A stretch of DNA of 64,000 nucleotides. Origin: Octopus sinensis. Lineage: Eukaryota. The notes under the pieces were generated by a model. That model saw nothing but the letters and a program-made list of their open reading frames with translations. It had not been told where the DNA came from and made no database searches. The position numbers and the translations under genes were made by a program. The DNA lies in contig NC_042999.1 of NCBI RefSeq assembly GCF_006345805.1, positions 67,084,001 to 67,148,000 on the forward strand. The letters run 5' to 3'. The stretch's first letter is position 1, and each line of letters starts with the position of its first letter. Shown in pieces: positions 27,131 to 40,950 of the stretch.

Positions 27131-27599
27131 TCTGTATCTATGTGTGTAAATGTCTGCATATATGTGTATGTACATGTCTTTGTGTGTATGTATATGTGTA
27201 TTTGCTGCTGTATTAGGCTTTTTTGTCCATAATATTGAGCCCCGTACTTATTCCAGGACTATTTTATTGATTTCTGTTTAGAACTGCTACTGTTATAGGT
27301 TTTTTGTTTAGACACAATTCGATACCAGTTTACACATATAAAACACAAAAACATGGATACACCCAGATACACACACACACACACACACACACACATAATA
27401 TGCTTGTGTGTGTGTCTGTGTGCTGATGATGTGTGAATGAGAGCAGGAAGGGGTTTGGTTTGCCTGAACACAACAGGGGAAACGGTCAAAGCTGATTGCA
27501 AATGTTTACTTTATCATCCCTTCCCCTTCTTACTTAACATTTAGTTATGAATTTATAATCCATATGTGTGTGGATACATTTATCCATACATCTATTGAT

Positions 27600-27626
27600 A
27601 AATGTATGTGTGTATGTATGTATATA

Positions 27627-27682
<56 letters not shown>

Positions 27683-27698
27683 GCATATATATATAATA

Positions 27699-27734
<36 letters not shown>

Positions 27735-27838
27735 TATATATATATATATATATATAATATGCATATATATATAATATGCATATATATAATGTGCATATAT
27801 ATATATAATATGCATATATATATATATATATATAATAT
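27600..27838. repeat. (TA)n/ATGC minisatellite
   Basis: Units of atgc(at)n(a)ata. Confidence 0.85.
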
Positions 27839-29602
27839 CATCATCATTTAATGCCCATTGTCCATGCTGGCATGGGTTGGACAGTTTTACCAGAGCTAGT
27901 AAGCTGGAAGGCTGCGCCAGACCCCAGTCTGTTTTGGCATGGTTTTCTACGCCTGGATGCCCTTCCTAATGCTAACCACTCTGAGAGTGTAATGGGTGCT
28001 TTTACGTGCCACCAGCATGGGTGCCATTTGTGTGACACTGGTATCTGTAAATGAACATCCCCATCATATAAGCGAGGTTGTTCATTCCCAATCTTCTCTG
28101 AAAAATATGTCTGGCTATGAGAAAATATTACTTTGCTTAGAAACAAGTGATGGTCAGTGACAGGAAGGACATCTGGCCACAGAAAATTTCTCTTAACAAA
28201 TGCAGGCATAGAAAAGTGGGTGTCAAATAATGGTGATGATGAAAATCAAAGAAGACCCATCCTCTACAGCAGAAGTATTAAGGCCACTCCTGGTGATGAG
28301 GATTGACCTGCAAGAGTCCTGTGCCGGCATCACTTAAAAAACACTTGTGCCAGTGCCATGCAATAGTGCTTGTGCCGGTACCATGTTAAAAGCATCCAGC
28401 ACATTCTGTGAAGTGGGTTGGATTAGGAAGGGCATCCAGCCATAGAAAGTAAGTCAAATGAGACTGAAACCTGATGCAGCTCTCCAGCTTGACAGCCATG
28501 GTTAAACCATTCAACTCATGCCAGCATGAAAAATGGTCGTTAAAGGATGATAATGATGATATCAAGCATGATCGTTGCCAGAGCACCTAACTGGCTTCCG
28601 TGCCGGTGGCACGTAAAAAGCACCATTGAAGCGTGATCTTTACCAGTGTCACCTCACTGGCACATGAAAAAACATTCGAGCGAGGTTGGTGCCAGTGCTG
28701 CTGGACTGGCTCCTGTGCAGGTGGCATGCAAAAAACACCATTTGAGCATGGCCGTTGCCAGTCCTGCCTGACTGGCCCTCGTACCAGTGGTGCGTAAAAG
28801 CACCAACTATACTCTCAGAGTGGTTGGCGTTAGGAAGGGCATCCAGCTGTAGCAACTCTGTCAGATCAAGATTGGAGCCTGGTTCGCCAGTTCTCAGTCA
28901 AATCGTCCAACCTATGCTAACATGGAAAGCGGACGTTAAACAGTGATGATGATATATATACATACATATATATAAATAAATAAAATGGTGTTTGTATGTA
29001 TGTTTATATGAGAATACTCGACACGTAAGTACTTCAGAATACATAGATAAATCATCTTAAATGTGAGGTATTCCTCACACAGAGAATGCTCAACTGAAAA
29101 TACAGAAATATTTTGAGCTGTGATGACCATGTCTATGTGAAAGAAGACAATACGGACAAACCTCAAATATATTATACAAAGCGGACGTAAAATTATGAAA
29201 GCAGAAATGTTTTTCTTTCTACTTTAATCTGGGACATAAAAGTATTTACTTAATGCCTAGGTCACCATGGATTGACATAAATGCAGTAGAAGAGAATGTG
29301 ACAAATGCATTATGTATGTGCAGCTAAAATTTTGTGTTATTAAGGCTATTTATAACTTCTAACGTACTGAAGTGGGGTAAAATATAAATTCTGAAAATTT
29401 CAGATGACATCAGGTGCAATATATTGGATCCTTTTTTCACTAAAAGTGCCCCTTAACCGTAAATTCATTAAAGCTATGACTGTTATATACACGAGAAGGA
29501 AATAAAGTGATATATGCAGATATGTATGTACAGTATCTTAATCTGGGTCATAAAATTGTTTCATTATGTTAGGGCACAAAATATATGTGTTAGGCAGATT
29601 CA

Positions 29603-29948
29603 TCTCTATATATATAAATGGCAAAATGTCTGTGTGTGTGTGTGTGTGTATCCTTTATACAAATCCACAATTTTTCAGTTAGAGGGCTCGCACTTTCTAT
29701 GGTCATTCAAAACCATCTAAGGGTGGTCGTGCACATCTTTACATTTCCCCAGTCACCCCGCAAAGCCATTAAAAAAATCAATAGAAGTGACTTTTTTGTG
29801 AATTTTCTATCCAAAACCCAATCAAAATGCCTGAAACTTGATACACCAATTGAATGCCATTAGCTGTATGTGATTGGTTGGAGATTTGGACAGTTCTCGC
29901 GTGTATGTGCACATGCATGCAGCTGTATATGCATGCACTAGCACTATG
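29603..29948 (+). mobile_element. Helitron H2 copy lacking the 3' hairpin arm and CTAG end
   Basis: Near-identical to 19217-19560, stops after ctagcactatga. Confidence 0.75.
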
Positions 29949-30955
29949 AAACATATATATTTGGCTGTTCCCATATATATGCACAAACACACATATACAC
30001 GTACATATATATGTGTACACACATACACATCCATACGATGGACTTCTTTCTGTTTCTATTTACCAAATTCATTTGCAAAACATACATCATCCGTGAGCTG
30101 TAATAGAAGACACTTGCCCCTAGGTGTCACTGTAAGGCACCCTACTTTTATACTCTTGACCAATGAATGCCTTGTGAGTGAAATTGGTAGACGGAAACTG
30201 TACAAAGCTTGTGTGTATGTTTCTGTGTATATGTTCACATCACACTTTTCCAAGAATTAGTGGACTACATGCTATGAAATTTTTTGTCATTTCCTCTGCC
30301 AACAAATCATCTGCTAGCTCGGCACATACAGAAGACAGTTGGAATAAGAAATTCCTCATATGAAAAATGGGTTTGATGGTAGACTTAATCAGTTGTCCAG
30401 TTTAACACCACTACCATTTCGTATCTTTGGTACCTTTAGCAGAGAGTCACTCTGTTGCAAACATTTAAGCTAGTGTCTCCAGCTTGACAATGTCTTCCTT
30501 CTTCCCTTCTCTCAATCTTGGAAGTTCTGTTAAAAGTTCATGGGTGCTGCTTACCCCAACTAAAAAATGCAAAAAACAAAACAAATTGCTGACTTACATT
30601 TCAGTCTTCACCCCTGCCTTTCTACTGATGGTGGGAGGACATGTTTCTATGGCGTAATGTTATAGAGGGGGTGTAGTGTGAGTTTTGAAATGAGAAGTCA
30701 GCTTCATGTCCACTTTCCCATGCTCTCATGGGAAGATCTTCTATGGTGGGTGCTCTTCCTGTCACCAACCCTCATCTGCTTCCAAGCAAAGTAATATTTC
30801 CCTCCCATGGCCAGACATGTTCGCACAATATATAGGAAATGAACGACTCTGCTTGTACGACAGAGCAACTCATTTACAACTATCACATGATGTCAAGACG
30901 AGACAAAAATATATATATATATTTACACATATAGATACACATATATATATATATA

Positions 30956-32583
30956 CTAGCAGTATCGCCCGGCGTTGCTCGGGTTTGTTTCGACCCGCTG
31001 GAATTGTAATTTTGAAAAGTAAAAATTTTGTGAACATTTTTCTGGTCGAAATACACCGAAAAGTGGCGACACAGCAGTGAAAAAATCGTAAAAAATAGGG
31101 ATTTTCATAGAAAAAAAGCATCTTTTTGATGTAAATAATTTTTGGTGTTAACATGGTCCGATTTGAATTTTATGTTCTACGGAAGGAAGAGCAAGCCTTC
31201 TTCTACCATACTCTCAATTTTGGTCAACTTGCGCCGCAGGGTCTCGGAGGAGATAGTGTTAGTTGAAGGTTACCATTCTAGGTGCCTGAGTAACAACCTC
31301 GCGGATTTACAGATAAATGAATTAATTATTATTTTACAGAATAAAATTAAATAATTCTTGAAAATTAATTAATATTAATATTTTTTGAACAAAGTAAATA
31401 ATTTTTAAAACTTAAATAATAATTTTTTTTACACAAACGCGAACGGGGAAAAGGGGGTGGCGAATTCGATTTACATACCTAAATTTTTTCTTTTTCATGA
31501 CATTGTAGCAAAATAGTAGTGAATTATATAAATACCAGCAGTACATTTTTTTTTCTGGGGTATTTTTTTTCAACCTCGTCACATATTTGCCCCTTTCAAT
31601 TTAAACAAAGTCTTAATTAAGCAATTACGGCAGCTTAGCAATGGTTTCAATACAGGCGTGACATGTGTATCTCAATTGTTCAAAACCCTTCGAATTTTTT
31701 CGCACGTGATGATATCATAGTGAAAACTTTCAATTACGCGCGCTTAGAAGTACGCTCGCAAATTAATACTACCAAAATTTTGAAGTTCGCGCTCCGCTTG
31801 TGTGTGTGTGTGTGTGTGCGTGCTTTAGGTGTACGTAGGTATGTGTTTTTGTGTGTGTGTGTGTCACTGAAGCCATACATACATATATACATACATAACC
31901 TCTCTCTCTCTTTTCTCTCTCAGTCACTCACTACAAAAAGTGAATAAAAAAAGTTCAGTTATTTCTGTCTTTCACTCTGTCTGTCTCTTTACACACACTA
32001 ACAAAAGCACTTCACTTACACACCACACTTTCTGTGTCGCACAACCCATCAAACACACACACACTCACGCACGCACACATGTACATCAATGCTTTCGGAG
32101 TGAAATGTTAAAATATTGAGTTTTCTCGAATTTTGTCTTAATTGGGGGTGAAATTGAAAGAAATATATTATGGCATGACCGAATGGAGTACTTTGAAAAA
32201 TCTTAGGTAAACTCTAATTGAAGAAATTGTGTGAGGAGTAAATCGTTATGTATTTATTTGTTTCTGTTTGCTGTGTTTTTTTATTTTTTGAGTAGTGGTT
32301 TAAATACTTTCAGTTTAGTCTTCCTCAAATCACTCTGTCGCTATTTACTTTCATTTTATTTGTTGCACACTGTGTGTGTGCGTGTGGTGTAAACCACATT
32401 AAGAAAAGCATTTGACATACACACCAGAATGTGAGTTTTCTGTAAATTTTGCTTAATTGGAGTTTAAATTTTAAAAACTGGACCTGGCATGACCCGATGC
32501 ATTCTACTCTTAAAAATGCTAGGTAAATTGTAATTGAAGAAATCCTATATTGTAGATTTCTATAAGTTACAAAGGGAGGCAGA
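30956..32583 (-). mobile_element. Helitron-like element with H1 3' end but different body (5' boundary uncertain)
   Basis: A|CTAGcagtatcgcccggcgttgctcgggtttg is the reverse complement of the H1 terminus; candidate A|TC starts near 31310 or 32583. Confidence 0.55.
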
Positions 32584-33317
32584 TAAAATGTCCCAGTTGT
32601 GGCCATCCTGTCTTTTTGGAGTATGTAGAACTACATTTTCTAATGTTTTCTATTCTGGCTGGTGGATGGCTGAATTGGTAGAATATTGGATGCAACACTT
32701 TGCAGTATTAAGTCCTTTAATGTTCCGAGTTCAAATCCCAACCAGTGTCGACGTCATCTTTTATTTCCATAGGGTATTAATAATATAATGTATGTGATAG
32801 ACTATTCTTGTCTCTTCTTCCCTGTGGAGAACCTCAGCCAAGTAGCTGTAATCTTTGTAAATAAATCAGCTTAAAGTTGAAATCATCATCATCATCATCA
32901 TTTAACGTCCGCTTTCCATGCTAGCATGTGTTGGATAATTTGACTAAGGTCTGGTGAACCAGATGGCTGCACCAGGCTCCAATCTGATCTGGCAGAATTT
33001 CTACAGCTGGATGCCCTTCCTAATGCCAACCACTCAGAGAGTGTAGTGGGTGCTTTTATGTGCCACCAGCATGAGGGCCAGTCAGGCGGTACTGGCAACG
33101 GCCACGCTCAAATGGTGCCTTTTATGTGGCACCTGCACAGGAGCCAGTCCAGCGGCACTGGTAACAACCTCACTCGAATGTTTTTTCATGTGCTACCAGC
33201 ACAAGTGCCAGTAAGGCAACACTGGTAATGATCACGCTTAAATGGTGCTTTTTACGTGCCATTGGCAATGTTACATGATAAGCATTTATGATATATATTT
33301 TTTATTTTCTGTTTCAG

Positions 33318-33457
33318 ATATTTGACATAAATAAACTGAGTATTCGACGTGTATTCTGCAAGGAATCCGGGAACAACCTCGAGTATGAAATTGGTAACCC
33401 AGATGAAACTTTTGGTTCCAAACTGGAAGTAAAATTGCCAAACGGAAACAAACTCAA
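33318..33457 (+). CDS. LTA4H: LTA4H-like coding exon 2 (140 nt)
   Basis: Acceptor ttttctgtttcag; open in phase 0 from exon 1: IFDINKLSIRRVFCKESGNNLEYEIGNPDETFGSKLEVKLPNGNKL+AA, matching the LTA4H segment (V/I)LDT-DL-I-KV...GS-LEI-LP; donor GTAAGA at 33458, phase 2. Confidence 0.87.
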
Positions 33458-35170
33458 GTAAGATAAATCGTTCTACTGATTTCTTGTATTTTGCAATTCT
33501 TCCATATATCTTATTTCAGGAACATTGAAGTGGAATGTTAAAATTCTTGATGACATGTGTTCACACCATGTCACACAAATACTGGGGAAGTCATTAGAAC
33601 ATTAAGAAAAATGCCTAGCAATATTTTCACCAGCTCTTTATGTTCTGAGTTCAAATTTTGCTGAGGTTGACTTTGGTTTATAATCTTGATTGAACCTAAG
33701 ACTCCAATGATAACTGGTGCAACTTTCACTCTTACTGCTTAGTATCTCTGCATACTTGATACATCAGTTTTAAATTGCATGGAAACATAAACATTAAAAC
33801 CATGACGATGATGACGATGAGCGAGATGTTTCCTACTTCCTTGTCTGCAGTGTTTTTATCTAAAGAATTACAATGTCTATTACGAGGCATTCTCTGTCTA
33901 TGTATGTGAGCATATTCCATTTAATTTTTATGAGAATAGGGAAAGTGCTTATATCAGTCGTGTTCAATCAATAAATTGTAATGTCATTCTAACTCTCTAT
34001 ATATGTATATTTTTGTGCATGTGTGTATGTGTGTTTGCCTCCAGTGCCAAAATGCACTGTTGCCAAAACAGGTCAAATGTCCAGTCGTCTATGCCAAATC
34101 TCATTCTGGTGAACTATGTTCAATATTTTAAAAGACTGCAATGTAAATGACTCAGTTACTTGTAGTTATTCAATTACATCTATCTGTTTCATGTGAAAGA
34201 CGAAGCTGGGAAAATGAGTTTAGAGTTATTTAATAAGATCAGTATATTGAGTCTTTCAACAGCCTGGGGTCTGTAAGTTGGTGGAGTCATCAGTAGTGTA
34301 ACATTTAGGGACCACTGTATTAATTAGTATTATCAGGTGTCACTTATCTAAGAGAATGTGTAGTGTTAAATTGTTTTTATATTTTTGGGTGGCGAATGGG
34401 AAGAGCATGTGCTGTGCGAATTATGTCTATAATATTGGGTGGAGATTATGCAGAGTAGGTGATTTGCGGGTTGTGCTATTAAATTCAAAGTGTTTTATGG
34501 ATATGATTTGGCAAGCTATTCTATTTTTCAATTGTTTGTAGAGCTTTGAACCATGTTAGGATTCTTAAAGTTTTTTTTCTTACCACACCTAGTGTCCCGT
34601 TTATTATTAGTACTATTTTTACTTTGGTATTACACACCTATTATTATTTAGTTAAAATTTCTGTCTCAAACTTCAAGTCCATTAGGGTGGAGCTTATCCC
34701 AGTCTCTATGAGAGTACCAGATTATCCTCTGAATAATGACACTAATCCGTGGCAAGGTTGGTTCCTCGGCTCTCAGTATTTCTCATTTTTAGCTTAGCAG
34801 ACCAAGAGCAAAGAAAAATCAATACCTTACTACTGGTTTGAGAAAATGAACCCACAACCTGATGATCATGAACCCACCACCCAAACCACTGTACCACAAG
34901 TGCTTTCACTTATTATTATTATTGTTATTGAGAGACAAGTATGGTTTGGGTGGTTGAGCCTACTCTGAACATGTTGGTCTTGAACAGAATGTTTGGCAGA
35001 GAGTTCTTGCTTTTGGTAGCAATAGCATCAGGAATTTAGGAGTTCCTTGATTCCTTTCAGGCAGCTGTTTTCCCATGTGATACATATAAAATATATATTT
35101 CATGTAATTTATTTGTTGCTTCTATGTATTATCCTCCTTATAACACTAATTGTAAGCACATCACTCTTTT

Positions 35171-35652
35171 CCACCCTTCCAAGGGTGGAAGATTTTAAGC
35201 GACTAGAATCCTTCGATCACCTCTGTCTACGCCGCATCCTTTGTGTCCGATGGCATCACTTTGTCTCCAACAATTCGGTGCAACACCAGTGCAAAATCAC
35301 CTCCCTCCAACAAGGCATCCTAACGAGACGTCTGCGTTGGCTGGGTCATGCCCTATGTTGTCAACCAGGAGAATTCATCTACGAAGCAATTGCCCCAGCT
35401 CCCCTTCAGGGTTGGTGAAAGCGATGTGGTGGACAACGAAAATCCTGGCTGATGACAGTCAAGGCTTATCTGGAACCCAACCTAGGCCCCCATATCTATG
35501 GCGTTCGCCGCTGGAATAAGGAGTGGTTGGAGATCACGCGGTCATTAGCCTCAAATCGCCAGGTCTGGTCAGCGTTTGTGAGAGATGCAGCATTGAGGAT
35601 GAATGAAGCCAGCTCAACCCATCCCAGGTGAATACTGTCTCAAGACAAGAAG
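35171..35652 (+). mobile_element. 5'-truncated RTE LINE with TSD
   Basis: RVEDFKRLESFDHLCLRRILCVRW..RRLRWLGHAL..GGQRKSW..LASNRQVW; caagacaagaag tail; TSD acatcactc(t/a)ttt (35158-35170 / 35653-35665). Confidence 0.85.
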
Positions 35653-37270
35653 ACATCACTCATTTGCATTTTGTTCTTGTAATGTTCCCCTTCTGTCAGT
35701 TTTGTAACTTAATAAAGGAAGAATTTTTTTTTTAACTGAATTGTTCAGGTATGAGGCCATAAATAAATGCCTTGCTCTATTTTCCTGTCTATTTATATTC
35801 AACTCCATATTTCATAATTTGTTAAAAGGGTCCAAGGACCACATTGTTCTCCTGTGTCTGCTTTGGCCTGGTTTTCCAGAGCTGGATGCCTTTCCTATTG
35901 CCATTCACTTTACAGCATGTACTGGATACTCTTTTTTATGCCACCAGCATTTCTGAAGTTGCCATGCTGCTTGCAAGACTGTGAACCCTGAGGGGTCAGC
36001 TTTACATTAGGAGATTGAGTTGGGGTAAAAGTATGAAAGGAGATGCCAGGACAAAATAGGACAGACATTTTGCCGTAGAGGAACAACGTGACTACTCACA
36101 TTTTAACCCTTTCGTTACCATATTTATTTTGAGATGCACTGCGCTTCATTCAATTAATTCTAAATATAACAAAGAATTTAATAAAAGAACTTAGTTATCA
36201 TTAAGCTAGTGTTGGGAACATAAATTGTGACTAAGGTTTGGTGGAAGATTTTAATTCAATACTTATGAAAACAAGACATTTATACTACAGAGCCAGAGGC
36301 GGTTTTGGCCAGAAGGTGGGAGTGATTAGGTGCCATTGGAAAGAGATAAAAACTGTGGCAGAAAAAAAAAAAAAATCAATAAACATGTTAGTGAATGTGT
36401 TTGATGTTAGGAGTTGAGTTCAAGCTTTGCTGTAGCTGTTCTGTCGTCTCCCTTTCTCAGTCATCCTCCTGGATGCCTTAAAAATTAAAAATAAATGAAT
36501 GAATGAAAATCAAGGACTCCTTCATTCCTCTTAATTGTAGTACGCTTAGTCACAGGAAAGTCTCCTTTACACCTTCTTATCCATGTTAAGCATGAAGCAG
36601 AAAAGGGATGTAAAGAATAAATGGATGAGTAAATAAATGATTGGGTAACAGATCAAATGTACTTTATTCACGGTCCTTTGAGTTCTGGCTACGCTCGAAA
36701 GGTTTTTCTGTTGCCAAGTTGAACATAAGCTTCGGATTATCTTGAAGTAATCAAGCAAGGCAACTAGAACAAGCTTTCAGAAAAGTTGGCCATGTAGCTT
36801 AGAGTACATTTCAATTTAATGATTGGGATTCAGCAATTCCATCAGGCAGAACCGAAAGGAATGGAATTACATGTGTGTGCATGTATGTGTACCTCTGTGT
36901 TTGTGTGTGTGTGTGTGTCTGAAAGGAAAAGTGTTGATCTAATTTCTTTACCACACGGTCTCACAGTTAAAAAATCTGAGTGTGTGTTAATGTGTGCCTG
37001 TGCTAATGTGTGTGTTAACATCTGTATGTGTGTTGATGTATGTATGTGTGTGTGTGTGTGTGTGTTATAGTGTGGGCTGAGTGTAGTTGGGTGCATGTGT
37101 GCAATCAAGTATATGATGGCAAATATTTTTGTATCATCTTGAGTGATTAAAAAAAAAATACCTGCATATCTTTAATTCTACAGGTATGACATTTTTTTTT
37201 AGGATACTTATAACTACTATTACTATTGCTACTACTAATCCTTCTCACTAGCACCACCATTATCATTACC

Positions 37271-37503
37271 TATTTCTTTACTACCCACAAGGGGCTAAAC
37301 ACAGAGAGGACAAACAAGGACAGACAAACGGATTAAGTTGATAATATCGACCGCAGTGCGTAACTGGTACTTATTTAATCGACCCCGAAAGGATGAAAGG
37401 CAAAGTCAACCTCGGCGGAATTTGAACTCAGAACATAGCGGCAGAGAAAATACTGCTAAGCATTTCGCCTGGCGTGCTAACGTTTCTGCCAGCTTGTCGC
37501 CTT
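37271..37503 (-). mobile_element. SINE family A long tail
   Basis: TSD ending cattatcattacc on both sides (left ends 37270, right ends 37521). Confidence 0.85.
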
Positions 37504-38394
37504 ATTATCATTATCATTACCACTATCATCAGCATCATAACCAACATTACTCTCATCACCATCTGATCCTCAACCCCTTTGCCATCACCCTCTACCCACA
37601 CAGTCATCATATCTTCTCATATGGTCCAGTGACAAAAATTCATGTCTTTTACTAGGCAGCTTTGGTTCAATTCCCAGCATTGGAGCACTTGATGTTTACA
37701 AGGCAACAAGGGTAGTGTCTTCCTGGTTGTCTGACCTGCAGGAAATAATAGCAAAACCTACCTCATATCACATCATACCATCTTCTTTAAGGATAGAACT
37801 CGTTAAATAATATCTTGCACCTCCCTCAATAAATGGAATGGTCATGGCAGGAATACCTTTGCTCAATGATTAGTCTGCTCTTTCAAGATTGTACCTGTCG
37901 CCAGGCAACAACAGCCAGAAGCATCATCATCTTCTGCATCAACACCAACTTCTACATGGTCGCTTGGCCTGCAAGAAATAGCAACCAAATTCCCTCATTT
38001 TGCCCTGCTCCTGTAGAAAGGAAGGACACATTGGGCAGTGTGTTGTATTAGATATACAAAAATACAGAAAGGTTACAGTGGTTAGAAGACCTTCAATCAA
38101 AAGTCAAGTTCTTTAGGGTTGACCTGGGGTTAAATAAAACAACAGCTACAACAACACCAGTATCATCCTCGTCATCATATCAGCATTGCTACCACCACCA
38201 CCACCACCACCATCTCCACCACCAATACCAAATTGTCATCATCACCTTCCCTCTTACATATCAGTATCTTCAGTGAGCCAACGCAAGAGCCCTCACACGG
38301 TCTTTTGACCTGCTAAAAATAAGTCAAATATCCTTTGGTTCATACTGAATTAAATCAAACCCTACAAATGATGGTATCTAGACTACATTTACTC

Positions 38395-38593
38395 TTTTAC
38401 TTGTTTCAGTCATTTGACTGCGGCCATGCTGGAGCACCACCTTTAGTCAAGCAAATCTACCCCAGGACTTATTCTTTGTAAGTCTAGTACTTATTCTATC
38501 GGTCTCTTTTGCCAAACCGCTAAGTTACAGAGACGTAAACACCAGCATCAGTTGTCAAGTGATGTTGGGGGAACAAACACAGGCACACAAACG

Positions 38594-38669
<76 letters not shown>

Positions 38670-38835
38670 CATATATACAACGGGCTTCTTCCAGTTTCCA
38701 TCTACCAAATCCACTCACAAGGCTTTGGTCAGCCCAAGGCTATAATAGAAGACATTTGCCCAAGGTGCCACGCAGTGGGACTGAACCCAGAACCATGTGG
38801 TTGGTAAGCAAGCTACTTACCACACAGCCACTCCT
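38395..38835 (-). mobile_element. SINE family D (tRNA head, CORE-like ccttgggcaagt, internal TA/TG microsatellite); partial copies ~9960-10145, 18160-18530, 24330-24555, 42230-42370
   Basis: Head ggagtggctgtgtggtaag..gggttcagtccc; tail gactgaaacaagtaaaagagtaaa. Confidence 0.75.
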
Positions 38836-40454
38836 ACGCATTTGATAATGTAATATTAGAAACACAATTCTAGGGGAAGAAAAAAAAGAAGCCTGCCAAA
38901 CTGGTAGGTCATGGATGGAATATCTTGAACTTGAGCTAAGTAACAACAATAATCATTATCATAGTGGCATTAAAATCATTAGAACAATTGATTAAATGTT
39001 TTCTTCTTTTTGTAAAATGGTAAAATCCTTAGGTTTGAAATGTCACATCTATTAAGGCACCGGTGTGGCTGTGTGGTAAGAAATTTCCTTCCCAACCACA
39101 TGGTTTCTGGTTCAGTTCCATTGTGTGGTACCTTGAGCAATTGTCTTCTACTATAGTCCAAACCCATGCCAGCATGGAAAATGGACATTAAATAATGATG
39201 GTGATGATGATGACGATATAGCTCTTGGCTGACCAAAAGCTTGTTAGTGAATTTGCTGGTCAGAAATTGAAAGAAGCCCATTATAGTGTGTGTGTGTTAC
39301 TGTCTCCTTGCTTTGACCTTGCATGATGGTTGTAAATGAGTGTCACTGTTATACAAGTGGTGTCCCTTGTTTCCATTCTTCTGTGAAAACATGTCTGTTC
39401 ATGGCGAGGGATGGTAACTGGAAGCATATCTGGCAAATAAAAAACCCACCTCAACAAATTACATCTGTGAGCATGGAAGGATAGATGTTATGATAATAAT
39501 GAGGGTCATCATCATCATCATCATCATCATCACCACCACCACTGTCATTGTCATCCTCATCAAACTAGCTGTTTTGTTGTTTGTCCCTAAGTTGTTTCTG
39601 ACCTATGATCAAAGGCTTTCCAGCCATGACTATTTGATTTATTTTATCTTTGTGCAAAGAATCTAGGGCCACATTGTCCAATATGTCTTTTTAGAAGACA
39701 GTGAAATTTGATTTGAAGTAATTTTCACTATTGTTTCTAGTGGATCAAAACTCCTTCATCTCCTTATTCCTTTGATAGCAGTAGTTACAAATACAAACAT
39801 TTACAGCTCAGTTTGAAAGAAGAATAAAAATGAAAAAAATTCGTTATAAAGTTAATAATAATTAAAAAAAATAAAAAATAATTAGTTGGTTTGAAATGGG
39901 TGAGGGCAGATTAAAAATGAAATAAAACAAAAAAAAAAAATGAATTAAAATATTTTTAAAATCAGTTTTTAAATATTTTTAATTCCATCTGAAAATGGTT
40001 TCATAGCAAAAATATGTTGGAAATTTTTCTGATGAGAATTAAGATGACTGTATGCAGTTTTCAATCATCATCATCATCTCTTCCTCCACCATCACCATCA
40101 TCAGCGTCATCATCATCATCATCATCATCTTTGTTGTATGGCGAGCTGGCAGAATTGTTAGCACGCCAGGACTCGGAAAAACTGAAGGATCACTACAATA
40201 AGTGTGTGAATCTGGGAGGGGAATATGTTAAATAAAATCATAATTAACTGATCATCATCATCATCGTCGTTGTCATCATTTAACGTCTGCCTTCCATGCT
40301 GACATGGGTGGGGACAGTTTGACAGGAGCCGGCCAGGCAGAAGCTTGCACCAAACTTCTGTGTCTGTTTTGGTAGGAATTTTGTAGCACTCCTTCATATA
40401 CACACTCACACACATATCATAATTTAATGTCCATTCCCTATGCTGGCATGCGAT

Positions 40455-40488
<34 letters not shown>

Positions 40489-40919
40489 AACAAAACACAC
40501 AAACACCTATTATATACATTATATTATTTTGTAATTTACTTAATCTTTACTTTTTAATTGTTATTTTAATTTTAACTTTTCTATTATATGTAATTTTCTA
40601 GATGGTGTAATTTAATTGTTCATTTTGAATTGATAAAAGGTGTTTTTTTTCTAATATTTTATATCATCATCATCATCATTGAGCGCCCGCTTTCCATGCT
40701 GGCATGGGTTGGACGGTTCAACTGGGGTCTGGGAAGCCAGAAGGCTGCACCAGGCCCAGTCTGATCTGGCAATGTTTTTATGACTGGATGCCCTTCCTAA
40801 TGCCAACCACTCCATGAGTGTAGTGGGTGCTTTTTACGTGCCACCGGCACAGGTGCCAGACGAGGCTGGCAAACGGCCACGATCGGATGGTGCTTTTTAC
40901 ATGCCACCAGCACGGAGGC

Positions 40920-40950
<31 letters not shown>

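Noticed and set aside
30250-30575. Minus-strand reading ELLTELPRLREGKKEDIVKLETLA after an acceptor-like site
   Set aside because: Stops follow quickly, no recognisable homology, no donor.
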